A stretch of DNA of 64,000 nt from Conger conger. Its lineage: Eukaryota. Location: contig NC_083776.1 in the NCBI RefSeq assembly GCF_963514075.1, forward strand, positions 18,822,415 to 18,886,414, given 5' to 3'. Below, piece by piece: positions 13,163 through 24,760 of this stretch. The notes under the pieces were generated by a model. It saw only the letters and a list, made by a program, of their open reading frames with translations. It was not told where the DNA came from and made no database searches. Numbering within the stretch: position 1 is the stretch's first letter; every line of letters starts with the position of its first letter. The translations under genes were made by a program, and so were the position numbers.

Positions 13163-13977
13163 GTATGCCTTTTTAGCCCAACATCATCCAAGGAAGCATT
13201 AGTCTCACTGCACCGCCCATAAGCAAAAGGTTTGTAAAAACCATAGATGTTGATTAGTTGGTTTTAATAAGTGACACAATATAGAAAATTTTGCATGATT
13301 ATCGCCCCTTTATACAGTCTATAGTGGCATAATTGGACATACAATTCTTATCATCTCAATGTAAAATTCAGTTCTGAAGTGCCTATGTTAAGATTAGTGA
13401 ATTCATATAAGAATATACAATGTTCTTTTTTTTTTTTTTTTTACAAATGTCGCACATGAGTATATATATAATGGATCATAATAATGTAAAAATAAACGTT
13501 TCTATGTGTGTCATTTAGCAAAACATACAGTATACAACAGAAATGAGTACACCCCTATCACTTAAATGTGAAATGATTCAAAATTGTATCACCTTACAGT
13601 AATTTCATACATACAATACAATATTGAATCATTTGACATTCTTCTGTTGTACACTGTACTAATCAACATATATGATTTTCATAAGCCTTTTGTATATGGG
13701 CGAATCTGAGGAAAGCTTCCTCTAAGCCTGTGCATTTGTTGGTCATTGTCAGATTTGACTTGGTTCCTCTTTGATAGCACAACCACCATTGTACTAATTC
13801 AGGTTTATGGTATTTTGGTTATAATTCTATGGTTTTGTGTTTCTCTCCTTAAGGTTTGTTATGGGTGTAATCTGTATGTAGAATATGCATTTTGATTTTG
13901 GGTTAGCACCGTGCATTGTTTCCTGGTTTGCACTGTGCCTTAATGAGAACTCATAACTCATGGTTGAGGAGTGTTTT

Positions 13978-14135
13978 TAGCCAGGCACGGTGGTGCAGTG
14001 ATTTGAGAAGGGCTCAAATCCCAACCAGGGCCTTCCTGCGTGGAGTTAGCATTTTCTCCCCATGCCTGTGTGGGTTTCCTCCGGGTAGTCTGGTTTCCAC
14101 CCACTATACAAATACAAAGACATACTGATTAGGCT
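13978..14135 (+). repeat. Old, diverged SINE core fragments. Similar fragments lie at 35100-35290 and 43690-43860.
   Basis: They share the core 'g(t/a)gtt(t/a)gcat(g/t)ttctcccc(g/a)tg...gggtttcctcc...caaagacat' with family A at about 75-85% identity. Confidence 0.55.
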
Positions 14136-14246
14136 ACTAGAGGCCTTAACAGGGTGTTGCTGCAAAATTGCATGCATGCTCAGTCAACTTACCCTGTATA
14201 GATAAAGGTTAATAAATAAATACCCCCACCTCTTCCTGCATCTCAG

Positions 14247-14454
14247 TGCACTCACGTCATCACAAACAACCTGGCCAAGCTGAGCACCAACCGGCAGCGC
14301 AGTATCCACAAGTTCCAGGTCCCAGTGGTGGGGGTGGAGTATGTGTCCCACTGCCTGGAGAAAGGGGCTCTCCTTCCTGCTAAGGAGTACAGTCTGGTCA
14401 CCGCCCCTAGCTCCCAAACCGATTCATCACCTTCTCCCAACCTCCAAGCCTCAG
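14247..14454 (+). CDS. parp4: parp4 BRCT exon.
   Basis: Acceptor 'catctcag|', donor 'cctcag|gtgagt'. 'CTHVITNNLAKLSTNRQRSIHKFQVPVVGVEYVSHCLEKGALLPAKEYSLVTAP...' matches human 'CTHIILDNADVLSQYQLNSIQKNHVHIANPDFIWKSIREKRLLDVKNY'. Confidence 0.85.
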
Positions 14455-15339
14455 GTGAGTCTGCAGAATGTAGCAGTGTTCACACAGAGTTACCTGGAGG
14501 GAGTGACTCGAGGACCCCAGGGCTTGTATTCAGGCCCTCCAGAACCTGTAAGTATGGACTTCAACCCCATCGGCAGCGTGTTAGACCATGCTGCTACAAG
14601 TTACCTGGAAAAAAGGTGTTGCCCAGGAACAGTTCAAACAATGGCTCAATATCTGGGTGATTAGTTCATCCACTAACTGGGAGTGTCTCTAACAGGCATT
14701 TGGCAGACGCTCTTAACCAGAGCGGTGTGCAACAAAGTGCCGGGGATAAGTGCGCCGAAAAACCCCTGAGGGAAGTACAGTTCCAAGTGCTAGGAATGAC
14801 CACAAAGATGAGAGCTTGGACCTTGTAGATTAATCTGATGAGAAAGGATGTTATAGCATTTTTAAGCCTGTAGTGAGTCAAACTGGTAGCTCACAACATT
14901 ACAGCTGTTAGGATATGATCTGTAAATGTCATATGGATGTCGGGAAGAACTTGCTCTGAGATACCTAAACTGGAGACCAAAAGCACTAATTTCTTGTTCA
15001 ACATATATATGGATTTGGGTGGGGAGGAGGGGGGGTATTCTCAGATGCACAAAGGGAATTATCAGACAAAATGACATTCAATATTCATCATAAGGCATTT
15101 AGATGAATTGCAAGATCATGTAGTTTGTCCTGTTTGAGGAAAACCGAAATGATTCCGATCTTAAATCCAGTTGAAGGCTTGAGATTTTTAATGGTTCATT
15201 TCATTAGTGAAAAATGCAAGTTTCAAACCCAAACGACAGAGCATCTGTGGGTTTTTGTTGTATGCACTTTAGTGCATGTACTGGCTGACAGTGGGGCTCT
15301 GTGTCCTTGTGTGGGCTGTAAGTGTTTAAGGTGACCAGC

Positions 15340-15500
15340 CAGACACCAGTGGGACAGGGCTCCAGGGATCAGCCAAAACCACAAACACCTGCACCTGTGG
15401 GACAGGGGTCCAGGGATCAGCCAAAACCCCAACCACCTGCACCTGTGGGACAGGGGTCCAGGGATCAGCCAAAACCCCAACCACCTGCACCTCAGCAGGG
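15340..15500. repeat. About 48-bp tandem repeat, 3 copies (cagggatcagccaaaacc(a/c)caa(a/c)cacctgcacctgtgggacaggggtc).
   Basis: Direct reading. It is adjacent to a module homologous to 11730-11900. Confidence 0.85.
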
Positions 15501-15836
15501 GGAGAAAGAGGAGGAGAGGGGCAGGAAGAACGACGGAGAGGCGAGGATGGGGAAATACCTGGGCAGTCACAGGTGTGCTGGAGTTACTCTACTGGTTTTC
15601 ACAGCCTGGGAGGCAGAAAAGAGGGAGTGTCCTCGTTCCTGTCAGACTGGGAGTGGAAATGTCCATTACTGATGTTACATTTAGTTATATTTAGTTACAT
15701 TTAGCCTGGCTGTACCTGTAAAATGTGCCTCAGGGTGCAGTATGCATTAAACAAATGCTTTTTCCTATCTGTAGACTGTAAAGCCTTGTTCCTCAAATCA
15801 TAGCCCTGCATAACATGTTTTTCTCATTCTGTAGAG

Positions 15837-15913
15837 TGTACAGCGAAAGTGACAGTGATCTGCCAACATATCCCTCTAATTTTGAGGTGGCCAAGTATTC
15901 CATTTTTGAAAAA
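15837..15913 (+). CDS. parp4: parp4 exon (linker after BRCT).
   Basis: The acceptor is a NAGNAG, 'ctgtagag|tg'; the donor is 'gaaaaa|gtaagc'. Phase 1 from the previous exon yields 'VYSESDSDLPTYPSNFEVAKYSIFEK', matching human 'PQDFEVAKYNTLEK'. Confidence 0.75.
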
Positions 15914-16177
15914 GTAAGCCTTTATCATTTTCTCCATATTTTCAAAACATGTTTTGTGAGGCTAAAATATATATACATGTGTGTAAGAGAGCGAGGCAGT
16001 TTGTGTTTGTTCGCAAGATGTTGTGTGTATGCATGCAGGTCTGTTCGGCATATGTTTGACTGTGCATGTTAGATAGAGAGATAGGTGCATTATTGCATTT
16101 ATATAGTGGTTCAAACGTTTATGCAGAGTGTACATGTTAAAGTGGGATTCACCGTGCTGATGAATGCGCATCTCCAG

Positions 16178-16285
16178 GTTAGCTCAAACAGGCAGTGGTC
16201 AGTGCTGGAGCTGCAGAGCTGCAGAGGACAGGCTGGGCGGCAGTACCGGGTGGTCCGTTACTGGAGCGAGGGTGATGGCTCTCAG
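16178..16285 (+). CDS. parp4: parp4 exon.
   Basis: Acceptor 'tctccag|gtt', donor 'tctcag|gtgagg'. 'VSSNRQWSVLELQSCRGQAGRQYRVVRYWSEGDGSQ' matches human 'VGMEGGQEAVVVELQCSRDSRDCPFLISSHFLLDDGMETRRQ'. Confidence 0.8.
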
Positions 16286-16498
16286 GTGAGGTCACCCTTC
16301 ACTCCCTCGTGTGTACCTGTGCTGTAGTGTACGCTGCCAATCAACAATCAAACCAATCCAACAGCATCCATCCCTGAAGAGCTAATACAATCGCATGCAC
16401 TACTGTCACTCGCCCAATGCTAGATCCACCCTTTAAGGTGGCAGCCTGTAGCCTAGATACATGACTGGGACCCAGAATGTTGACGGTTCAAGCCCTGG

Positions 16499-17951
16499 GG
16501 CCTCATTTATAAAACTGTGCTTAGGATTCACGTCAAAAGGTTGCGTAAGCATGAAACCTAGGACGTGCGTACGCAAAACAATAGTCTGATTTATAAAACA
16601 GTGCATACGCACGTCCCACGCCAATTTTCCTTTATAAATCACAATCAACTCTAAATGTGGCGCAGCTTTGCCGGCTTCATGTCCCGCCCACAGTTGCCTA
16701 TAAATAGGCAGTGAAACGCCCCTAATGAATATGCATTTCACGAAGACGACAATGGCAAACGCTGAAAAGAAGGCCAAGAAAAGGGATTTCAGCCATTTTA
16801 TTACCTCTGAAAAGCTACAGGTGTGGGAATTATCCTGTAAATGACGAACAGTTCTGCACAACGAATGTGATGATGACGATGATAATAATAATAATAATAA
16901 TAATACACGTCATTTGTCTAGCACCATTGAAAACACAGTTACAAAATTAAGAGATAAAACGAACAAAAATGTATAACAATAAACACATTATAAAACGTAA
17001 TATATGAATATGATAATATATGAAACTATGCTCGTATCTGCCCGACTGACGCATTGTAAACGGCATCAGTGCAGCGCAATTTGTCCGACTGTTCACCATA
17101 TTATTTATGAGAATACATTTAATAACATGAAGTATTGTTTAACAATTCGTCTACATATTTGAGGGATTATTTTACAACAACATCTCCGTTTATATTTATC
17201 ATCCTAAATCATATTTTTTGGGCACTCCAGGGAGCATCAATCAAACAGCTGTTTGTTTATTCGTTGTAAGAGAGGCTTTTATCCGTTTTTGCAAATTAAC
17301 TCTTCGTATATGATACGTGAGAGGTAATATTTCATTACATTACATTACATGACATTACATTACATTGGCTGGCATTTAGCAGACGCTCTTATCCAGAGCG
17401 ACGTACAACAAAGTGCAAATTAAACACAAGAACAAGTGCAAATAGGACCTGAGAGGACAGTATAGTTCCGAGTCCTAGTGTAAACATGCAGAAAATCAGA
17501 ACCCTTTAAGAGTACAATCAACAACAATCAATTTCGATTTATTTTACACAGTGGTATCTGTTGTATATCATTTTCGACTTCTCTCGTCGCCAAATGTTGT
17601 GTTGCACTTAGGAAGGGAGAGAACCCGTATAGCGAGATTCAACAACACAACACTTTAATAAGTATAACAGGGACGAAGCACGTCCTTACAGCAGCCATAC
17701 CCAGCCACAACTCCCGGCAAATCTTTATACCTTTTTAAATCCTGTTTCACTTCCCGTTTTCCTGGTCTTACGTCACGAGCATTAAAGGCACAGTTTCTCA
17801 TTTCCCCAGTTAATGTGCGTACGCATGGGTCAGAGTTTCCGTGGAGGACCGCACATTTTCCGGTCAAGTTCGTTTTTTATAAATGCCAAAATTTGCTTAG
17901 AAAGTGGCGTACGCATTCTTTTGTGCCTACGCAACGTTTATAAATGAGGCC
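16499..17951. mobile_element. A 1.45 kb TIR-bounded non-autonomous DNA transposon nested inside a SINE. It has a 5-bp target-site duplication (CCTGG) and subterminal TTTATAAA repeats.
   Basis: TIRs 'ggcctcatttataaa' (16499-16513) and 'tttataaatgaggcc' (17937-17951). The flanking halves (16433-16498 and 17952-18075) rejoin into one SINE copy in which 'cctgg' is present only once. Internal 'tttataaa' motifs recur near both ends, and there is no transposase ORF. Confidence 0.7.
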
Positions 17952-18710
17952 CCTGGTGTAGCCACAATGAGATAAGTACAGCTGTTGGGCCCTTGAGACC
18001 CTTAACCCCACATCCAGGGGGGGATTGTCCCCTGCTTAGTCTAATCAACTCTGAATCGTTTTGGATAAAAGCACCTGCTAAATAACAAATTGTCATTATT
18101 ATTAAGGTGTGACATCACAAATATGTGAGTAGAATGTTCTTAACTGAACATTCTAATGCTAATGTAAAAATCCCAACTGATAATTGAAAGCAATGGTGTT
18201 CTAGAACACTGACTTAGAATGTTGAAAAAAAACATTCCAAAAAACTTGCTCTTCAAAGGGTTGAAGAACTGGCCACCAGGCAGCAATAATCAAGAAGCAG
18301 GAAGCAAGGGTTGTGAGGGATGACTTGGATACTTATCATTCAGTTCTCAATAGTGTGTTATTACTTGTTTAATAACTTGTTCACTAGGATGATATTTTTG
18401 CTAGTTTTGTTGGCTATGTAAGTTGTTTATTGTTCCAACGTAAGTGTTTATTATTCTATTGTGTTGTGCTGGAATAGTTTTAGATATAATCCATTGTTAG
18501 ATTTATCAAATAGGCCCTAGTCCTTATTTGTGTTGTACTCTCAGCACTTGAAACTGTACTTCCCTCTAGGGTCTTTCAGCACACTTGTCCCTGGTCATGG
18601 GTATGCACTTTGTTCTACGTCGCTCTAGATAAGATCGTCTGCCAAATGCCAATAATGTAATGTAATGTAATGTCAGTGATGGTGATGTCAGTCTGTACAT
18701 CCTGCCATAG

Positions 18711-18869
18711 GCCACAGTGACTCGTGACAAGCTGGTCCACTGCTCCGGCTCTGAGGAAGCCCTCCAGGTGTACGAGATGCTGGAGAAGGAGCTTCACGTC
18801 CAGGGTTTCAAAAGGAAGGATGACCTGCCCCCACTGCCCCAGGGCCTGGGCTCCAGCAAGCTGCATGAG
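18711..18869 (+). CDS. parp4: parp4 exon (PARP regulatory region).
   Basis: Acceptor 'cctgccatag|', donor 'catgag|gtgaga'. '...SEEALQVYEMLEKELHVQGFKRKDDLPPLPQGLGSSKLHE' matches human 'SEDASEYFENYIEELKKQGFLLREHFTPEATQLASEQ'. Confidence 0.8.
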
Positions 18870-19513
18870 GTGAGAGCTGGGCGCCTCAGAGCTGAATCAG
18901 AGCTGAAAGCATCAGAGCTGAATCAGAGCTGGTTGCCTCAGAACTGAATGCATGCTGAAACTGGAGGTGTGTTTCTGGTGATGAGCCCCATAATGTGCTG
19001 CCAGTCATAGTCTGCTCTGAGCAGAAGGCTTGATTCTCCACAGCTAAAACGCAATGATTGTATAAAGTGCTGATTCACAGATAGAGTACGGCTGCTGGCA
19101 CTGCCCATTCTACCCCTGATGAGTCACTGCAGCACTAGTTCTGTTGGTTTGCCATAGGTCCCCAGATACACTGGTGTCCAGGGAGAATGCCCGTACAGAA
19201 ATCAGCAGAAGCTCTTGGCACATTTGACAATCCAGATTAACAATATTAATACTACAAATGTAATGAATCTGGGTAACATGTGTGACCTTCCCCTAATTAA
19301 ATGCAAGTTTTTTTACTGCTTGTGTTTATGACCTGGATGAATCAGCAGAGAGGACTGGCAGGTGTATTTCTGTCAATATGACAATATGAGAGAGTTAGAG
19401 CAGGTGACATGGACAGAGATCCGACAGAGAGGATTCTGCTTAGACACAGACAAGGCTCTGGGTCCATAAGTGTCAGTTGGGTAACAGCGGCCTGCGTTGT
19501 GTGTGATTGACAG

Positions 19514-19651
19514 CTGCTTCTGGAGGAGAAAATGAACAGAACTGGCATCTCAGAGGACGTGGGCGTGTTTGTGGAGCTGTTATGGACAGAAGCCCTTGGT
19601 TGCTTGAGCGACATCCTGACGATCCCCCTTAACAAGATTAGTCTCAATGAT
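19514..19651 (+). CDS. parp4: parp4 exon (PARP alpha-helical regulatory domain).
   Basis: Acceptor 'gattgacag|', donor 'aatgat|gtaagg'. 'LLLEEKMNRTGISEDVGVFVELLWTEALGCLSDILTIPLNKISLND' matches human 'LLLEEVMNSSTLSQEVSDLVEMIWAEALGHLEHMLLKPVNRISLND'. Confidence 0.9.
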
Positions 19652-19739
19652 GTAAGGTTTTGTTTGTTCACCGCTTGTGTTCATTTAAGCCAGCCTGTTT
19701 GTTTTGACAAACATGGATGAAGGTTTCTGCACAACTAAC

Positions 19740-20080
19740 ACTTACAGCTTGTATGCTACCTCTTATGTGAACAGTGTGTGTGTTTGTATGCTACCTGTAT
19801 GTGACCTGTGTGTGTTTGAATGCTACCTGTATGTGACCTGTGTGCATGTTTGTACATTACCTGTATGTGACCTGTGCATGTGTGTGAGTGACCTGTTTGT
19901 GTGTTTGTATGTGACCTGTGTGTGTTTGTACTGTGTGTGTAAGTGACCTGTGTGTGTGTGAGCAAGCAGTGTGTGTGTGTGAGTGATCTGTGTGTTTGTA
20001 TGTGACCTGTGTGTGTGTATGTACATTACCTGTGTGTGTTTGTATGTGACCTGTGTGTGTGTGTGTGTGTGTGTGAGTGA
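19740..20080. repeat. About 19-20-bp minisatellite (gtgtgtgtttgtatgtgacct / gtgtgtgtgagtgacctgt), left block. The right block is 21960-22760 and the LINE lies between them.
   Basis: Direct reading. Confidence 0.9.
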
Positions 20081-21965
20081 CCTTCTTTGAAAAGAAGGTC
20101 GATGCTATTCGCAATTCCTTCTCCCAACCCTCCACCCCTGCTGACCCTCCTACCCTCCCCAACTCCCTAACCTCCTTTTCTCCCCTCTCTGATGCCGACA
20201 CACTGAAACTCCTTACTTCCCACCGCCCAACCACCTGTCCTCTTGACCCCATCCCCTCTCCCCTCCTACAATCTATATCTGATGACATTCTCCCTTTTCT
20301 CTCCTCTCTAATCAACACCTCCCTCTCTTCCGGCACCATGCCCTCTTCCCTGAAGAGGGCCAGAGTCACTCTCCTGCTCAAAAAACCTACTCTTGACCCC
20401 TCTGCCCTGAACAACTACCGGCCTGTCTCTCTTCTTCCCTTTCTGGCTAAAACTCTGGAACGGGCGGTCTGCTCCCAACTGCCCACTTATCTTCTCCAGA
20501 ACAATCTCCATGACCCCAACCAGTCTGGCTTCAAGAGTGGCCACTCCACTGAAACCGCCCTGCTCGCGGTCACTGAGGCACTCCACTCTGCTAAAGCAAA
20601 ATCCCTCTCCTCTGTCCTCATCTTCCTCGACCTGTCGGCCACCTTCGATACAGTCAACCGTGAGATTCTGCTCTCATCGCTGTCTGGGATGGGTGTCACA
20701 GGTTCTGCACTCGCTTGGTTTTCCTCCTACCTCTCTGGTCACTCCTACCAGGTGACTTGGAGGGGCTCAGTCTCCGACCCTCAACCCCTACGAACTGGAG
20801 TCCCGCAGGGCTCGGTTCTTGGGCCTCTCCTCTTCTCGCTATACACCATGTCTCTTGGTTCTGTTATCTCTTCCCACAGCTTTTCTTATCATTCCTACGC
20901 TGATGACACCCAACTCTTCATTTCCTTCCCCCCCGACACCCAAATCACCACACGGATCGCTGCCTGCTTGGCTGATATCTCTGCGTGGATGACTTCCCAC
21001 CACCTGAAGCTCAACCTTGCCAAAACTGAGCTTCTCTACATCCCTGCTAAGTCCTCTCCGTCAATCGACCTCTCATTGACTGTTGAGGACTTTGTAGTTT
21101 CCTCCTCCCATACGGCAAAGAATCTTGGGGTGACTCTTGATAACTGCCTCACCCTGGCTCCGCAAGTATCCTCCACTGCCAGAACCTGCAGGTTCTTTCT
21201 GTATAATATACGCCGTATCTGTCATCTCCTGACTGAGAAAGCCACCCAGCTCCTAGTCCAGGCGCTCGTCATTTCCCACCTGGATTACTGCAACTCCCTC
21301 CTAGCCGGTCTCCCAGCGTGTGCCATCAAGCCCCTCCAGCTGGTCCAGAATGCTGCAGCCCGCCTGATCACCAGTCAGCCCAGGTCGGCTCATGTCACCC
21401 CGCATCTCATTGGCCTCCACTGGCTTCCTATTGCCGCACGCATCCGTTTCAAGGCCCTAGTGTTGGCATTTCAGGCTGCTAAGGGGACTGCCCCACCTTA
21501 CATACAATCCCTGATCACTCCCTACTCCCCAGCTAGACCACTCCGGTCTGCCAGCTCTGGTCGCCTTACGGTTCCCTCTATACGTGCACCTGGCGGTCGA
21601 GCTGCACGTTCACGCCTGTTTTCCGTTCTGGTTCCTCAGTGGTGGAATGACTTGCCTACCACTGTCAGAACAGCAGAATCCCTCCCCCTATTTCGACGCA
21701 GACTCAAAACCCACCTTTTCAAACTCTACCTTAGTCCTCCCTCCTGGTTTCCCCTGCCCCTCCTTTCTGATATCCCTATCCTTGTCTAACCCCCCAAAAA
21801 AAATAAAAAAAAATAATGCACTTCTGATGACAACTATGTTTAGAACAGCATTTCCTGTGTATTTTGCTAGTTTCTGGATGTGATGCTCTGACTTATGGTA
21901 CAACCTATGCACTTGTAAGTCGCTTTGGATTAAAAGCGTCTGCCAAATGACTAAAATGTAAATGT
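20070..21965 (+). mobile_element. 5'-truncated non-LTR retrotransposon (L2/CR1-like LINE) with an intact 570-aa reverse-transcriptase ORF (20077-21789) and the 3' tail '...cttgtaagtcgctttggattaaaagcgtctgccaaatgactaaaatgtaaatgtaatg'.
   Basis: The ORF contains RT motifs (FLDLSATFDTVN..., GVPQGSVLGPLLFSLY..., YADDTQLF) and has no start codon or endonuclease. The element is inserted inside a GTGTGTGAGTGACCTGT minisatellite that continues on both sides. Confidence 0.85.
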
Positions 21966-22760
21966 AATGTGTGTGTGTGTGAGTGACCTGTGTGTGTGTG
22001 TGAGTGACCTGTGTGTGTTTGTATGTGACTTGTTTGTGTGTGTGAGTGACCTGTGTGTGTGTGTGTGTGTGTGAGTGACCTGTGTGGGTGTGTGTGAGTG
22101 ACCTGTGTGGGTGTGTGTGAGTGACCTGTGTGTGTGTGTGTGTGTGTGTGTGAGTGACCTGTGTGAGTGTGTGTGTGACCTGTGTGTGTGTGAGTGACCT
22201 GTGTGTGTGAGTTACCTGTGTGAGTGTGTGTTAGTGACCTGTGTGTGTATGTGTGTGACCTGTGTTTGTGTGTGAGTGACCTGTGTGAGTGTGTGTGTTT
22301 GTATGTGACTTGTGTGTGTGTGTGTGAGTGACCTGTCTGTGTTTGTATGTGACTTGTTTGTGTGTGTGAGTGACCTGTGTGTGTGTGTGTGTGTGAGTGA
22401 CCTGTGTGAGTGTGTGACCTGTGTGTGTGAGTTACCTGTGTGAGTGTGTGTTAGTGACCTGTGTGTGTGTGTGTGTGACCTGTGTGTGTGAGTGACCTGT
22501 GTGAGTGTGTGTTAGTGACCTGTGTGTGTGTGTGTGTGTGTGACCTGTGTGTGTGAGTGACCTGTGTGGGTGTGTGTGAGTGACCTGTGTGTGTGTGTGT
22601 GTGAGTGACCTGTGTGAGTGTGTGTTAGTGACCTGTGTGTGTGTGACCTGTGTGTGTGTGAGTGACCTGTGTGAGTGTGTGTGTGTTTGTATGTGACTTG
22701 TGTGTGTGTGTGAGTGACCTGTGCATGTGTGTGTGAGTGACCTGTGTGTGTTTGTACGTT
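21960..22760. repeat. The same minisatellite, right block (about 40 copies). It ends 5 bp before the acceptor of the parp4 exon at 22766.
   Basis: Direct reading. Confidence 0.9.
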
Positions 22761-22765
22761 CCCAG

Positions 22766-22933
22766 GTGAGCCGGGCGGAGGGTCTGCTGCTGCAGGCACA
22801 CAAGGTCTTAAAGGAGCAGACTGATTCTAACCAAATTCTACATCTCTCAAATGAGTTCATCAGACTCCTGCCCCACAAGCAAACGCCCACTCTCACCCTG
22901 CAAGTAATCTCAAGCAAACTGGACCTCTGCCAG
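22766..22933 (+). CDS. parp4: parp4 exon (PARP regulatory domain).
   Basis: Acceptor 'cgttcccag|', donor 'ctgccag|gtactg'. 'VSRAEGLLLQAHKVLKEQTDSNQILHLSNEFIRLLPHKQTPTLTLQVISSKLDLCQ' matches human 'VSKAEGILLLVKAALKNGETAEQLQKMMTEFYRLIPHKGTMPKEVNLGLLAKKADLCQ'. Confidence 0.9.
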
Positions 22934-23819
22934 GTACTGCAGCAAACACAGGCTGTGCGCACAGCCCAGTCAAACTGCTACAAACTGTGCGCACAGCACA
23001 GTCAAACTGCTACAAAACGCAACATGGATATTGAGCTCTTTATAAGCTGCTCAGTGTTTCAGATGTACATGTCTGTTTTACTGCACAGATATTGTGTAAT
23101 TGCTTCCATATTGGATGAATATGGAATATTTATTTCTTAAAAAGTCCCATATTGTACACCTTTCCAGTGTTTTATTTTAGGTCCTGATATTGGTTTTAAG
23201 TACCAAAACTTCTCTCTATGCAGTTTTACACGTCCATTCTCTGACTCCTCTGATGAGCTTCATCAAGAACAGGCTGTTTTAGTGACTGTATCTGAAACGC
23301 TCAAGCGACCAACATATTTCACACACTAATGACCAACCAGGGTCAGATATGACCTCAATTTCAAACTAATGAAAAATCTATTCAAAAACAGTTTTTTAAA
23401 TTAAAATGTCATTAAATATGTAAAATACATTTCATTTTCATAAAAAATTTAAATAAATATATATCGATATTATTACAATGACAGCATATTTAATGTCACA
23501 CAGATTGTCTTCATACAGGGGAATGGGGGAATAGTGAGCCATAACACATGTAACCCGTGTGAGGTCAATATATAATGTTATTGAGGTAACGTTTTGATGA
23601 ATTACATATATCCTATTTATGAATGTGATATGACACTGTTCTCTGATATTTGCCTCAATCAGGGGACTCTATAATAGTAATACTATTCACAAGCTCTGTA
23701 TTTTCTGCTGCTAAAATGTTCTATAGCCACTGAGACACAGACGTCCCCTACTTCAAGCTGCAACCCAAACTGAAATACCACATTTCTAACTTCACAGTCA
23801 ATGTTTCTAACATTTGTTC

Positions 23820-24000
23820 AGTAAGTTGGTCACTCACAGAGTGTGTCCTTGTTCAGTCACTCAGAGTGTGTGCTTGTTCAGTCACTCAGAGTGTGTGCTT
23901 GTTCAGTCACTCACAGAGTGTGTGCTTGTTCAGTCACTCAGTGTGTGCTTGTTCAGTCACTCACAGAGTGTGTGCTTGTGTAATCACTCACAGTGTGTGC
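23820..24000. repeat. About 27-bp minisatellite (cagtcactcacagagtgtgtgcttgtt), 7 copies. It ends at the acceptor of the parp4 exon at 24009.
   Basis: Direct reading. Confidence 0.9.
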
Positions 24001-24008
24001 TTGTTCAG

Positions 24009-24157
24009 CTCATCAGGGACCTGCTGCAGGTGAGAGAGGCGGTGCTGTGGCAGAGCGCTTCCCGCCTGGGTTATTACCGCGGCCTGCGATGCAGCATCGA
24101 CCCCGTTCCCGCAGACAGCCCGGAGTTCCTGTCCGTCAGAGGCCTCCTCCGGGACAG
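24009..24157 (+). CDS. parp4: parp4 exon (PARP regulatory/catalytic boundary).
   Basis: Acceptor 'ttgttcag|', donor 'gggacag|gtacct'. 'LIRDLLQVREAVLWQSASRLGYYRGLRCSIDPVPADSPEFLSVRGLLRD' matches human 'LIRDMVNVCETNLSKPNPPSLAKYRALRCKIEHVEQNTEEFLRVRKEVLQN'. Confidence 0.9.
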
Positions 24158-24232
24158 GTACCTCCCCACAGTGCGGTCGAATGTGTTCTGGAGCCGGTGC
24201 TCAGTCAGCTGACCCTCTGTGTATCCGCGCAG

Positions 24233-24364
24233 GCCTGTGCAGGTGCATCAGCTGTTCCGTGTCAGCAGGGCCGCGGAGCTGACAGCCTTCCGGGGAGACC
24301 TGGGGAACGTGCGGTCCCTCCTGCACTCCTCCGCTCCTAGAAACTTCGTGGGAATTCTGTCCCG
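24233..24364 (+). CDS. parp4: parp4 catalytic-domain exon containing the His of the H-Y-E triad.
   Basis: Acceptor 'tccgcgcag|', donor 'tcccg|gtgagc'. 'RPVQVHQLFRVSRAAELTAFRGDLGNVRSLLHSSAPRNFVGILSR' matches human 'VDVLQIFRVGRVNETTEFLSKLGNVRPLLHGSPVQNIVGILCR'. Confidence 0.9.
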
Positions 24365-24540
24365 GTGAGCCAAAGCTCATCAGACTCACATTGGCCTGTC
24401 AGTCACTCCCAATTACCTGTCAATCACTCTTGACTGTAGCTGTCATTCATGAGATGTCTGTGACTGACGAGGTCTCTGTGATTGACGTGTTCTCTGTGAC
24501 TGACCAGACCGTCTAATTGACATGTTCATTTCTCTCTCAG

Positions 24541-24639
24541 GGGGCTGTTGCTGCCCAGATTTGGAGTGGAGCATCATGGGATAGATAGGACAGACATTGG
24601 GAACCTGGGTGGTGGAATTTACTTCAGTGATTCTCTGAG
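24541..24639 (+). CDS. parp4: parp4 catalytic-domain exon (GIYFSD Tyr motif).
   Basis: Acceptor 'tctctctcag|', donor 'tctgag|gtcagt'. 'RGLLLPRFGVEHHGIDRTDIGNLGGGIYFSDSL' matches human 'GLLLPKVVEDRGVQRTDVGNLGSGIYFSDSL'. Confidence 0.9.
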
Positions 24640-24760
24640 GTCAGTGGACTAGCTATTTTATAATTTCTTTATTATTTTATTATATATATTTTTTAAATGT
24701 ATTATTATTATTATTTTATTATAACAATATATAATGTATATGTTTTTTATGGGCGGCACG

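Noticed and set aside
20308-20903. Short ORFs overlapping the LINE RT on other frames or the opposite strand
   Set aside because: They are nested inside the 570-aa RT ORF, which carries the recognisable domain. The overlapping frames have no homology.
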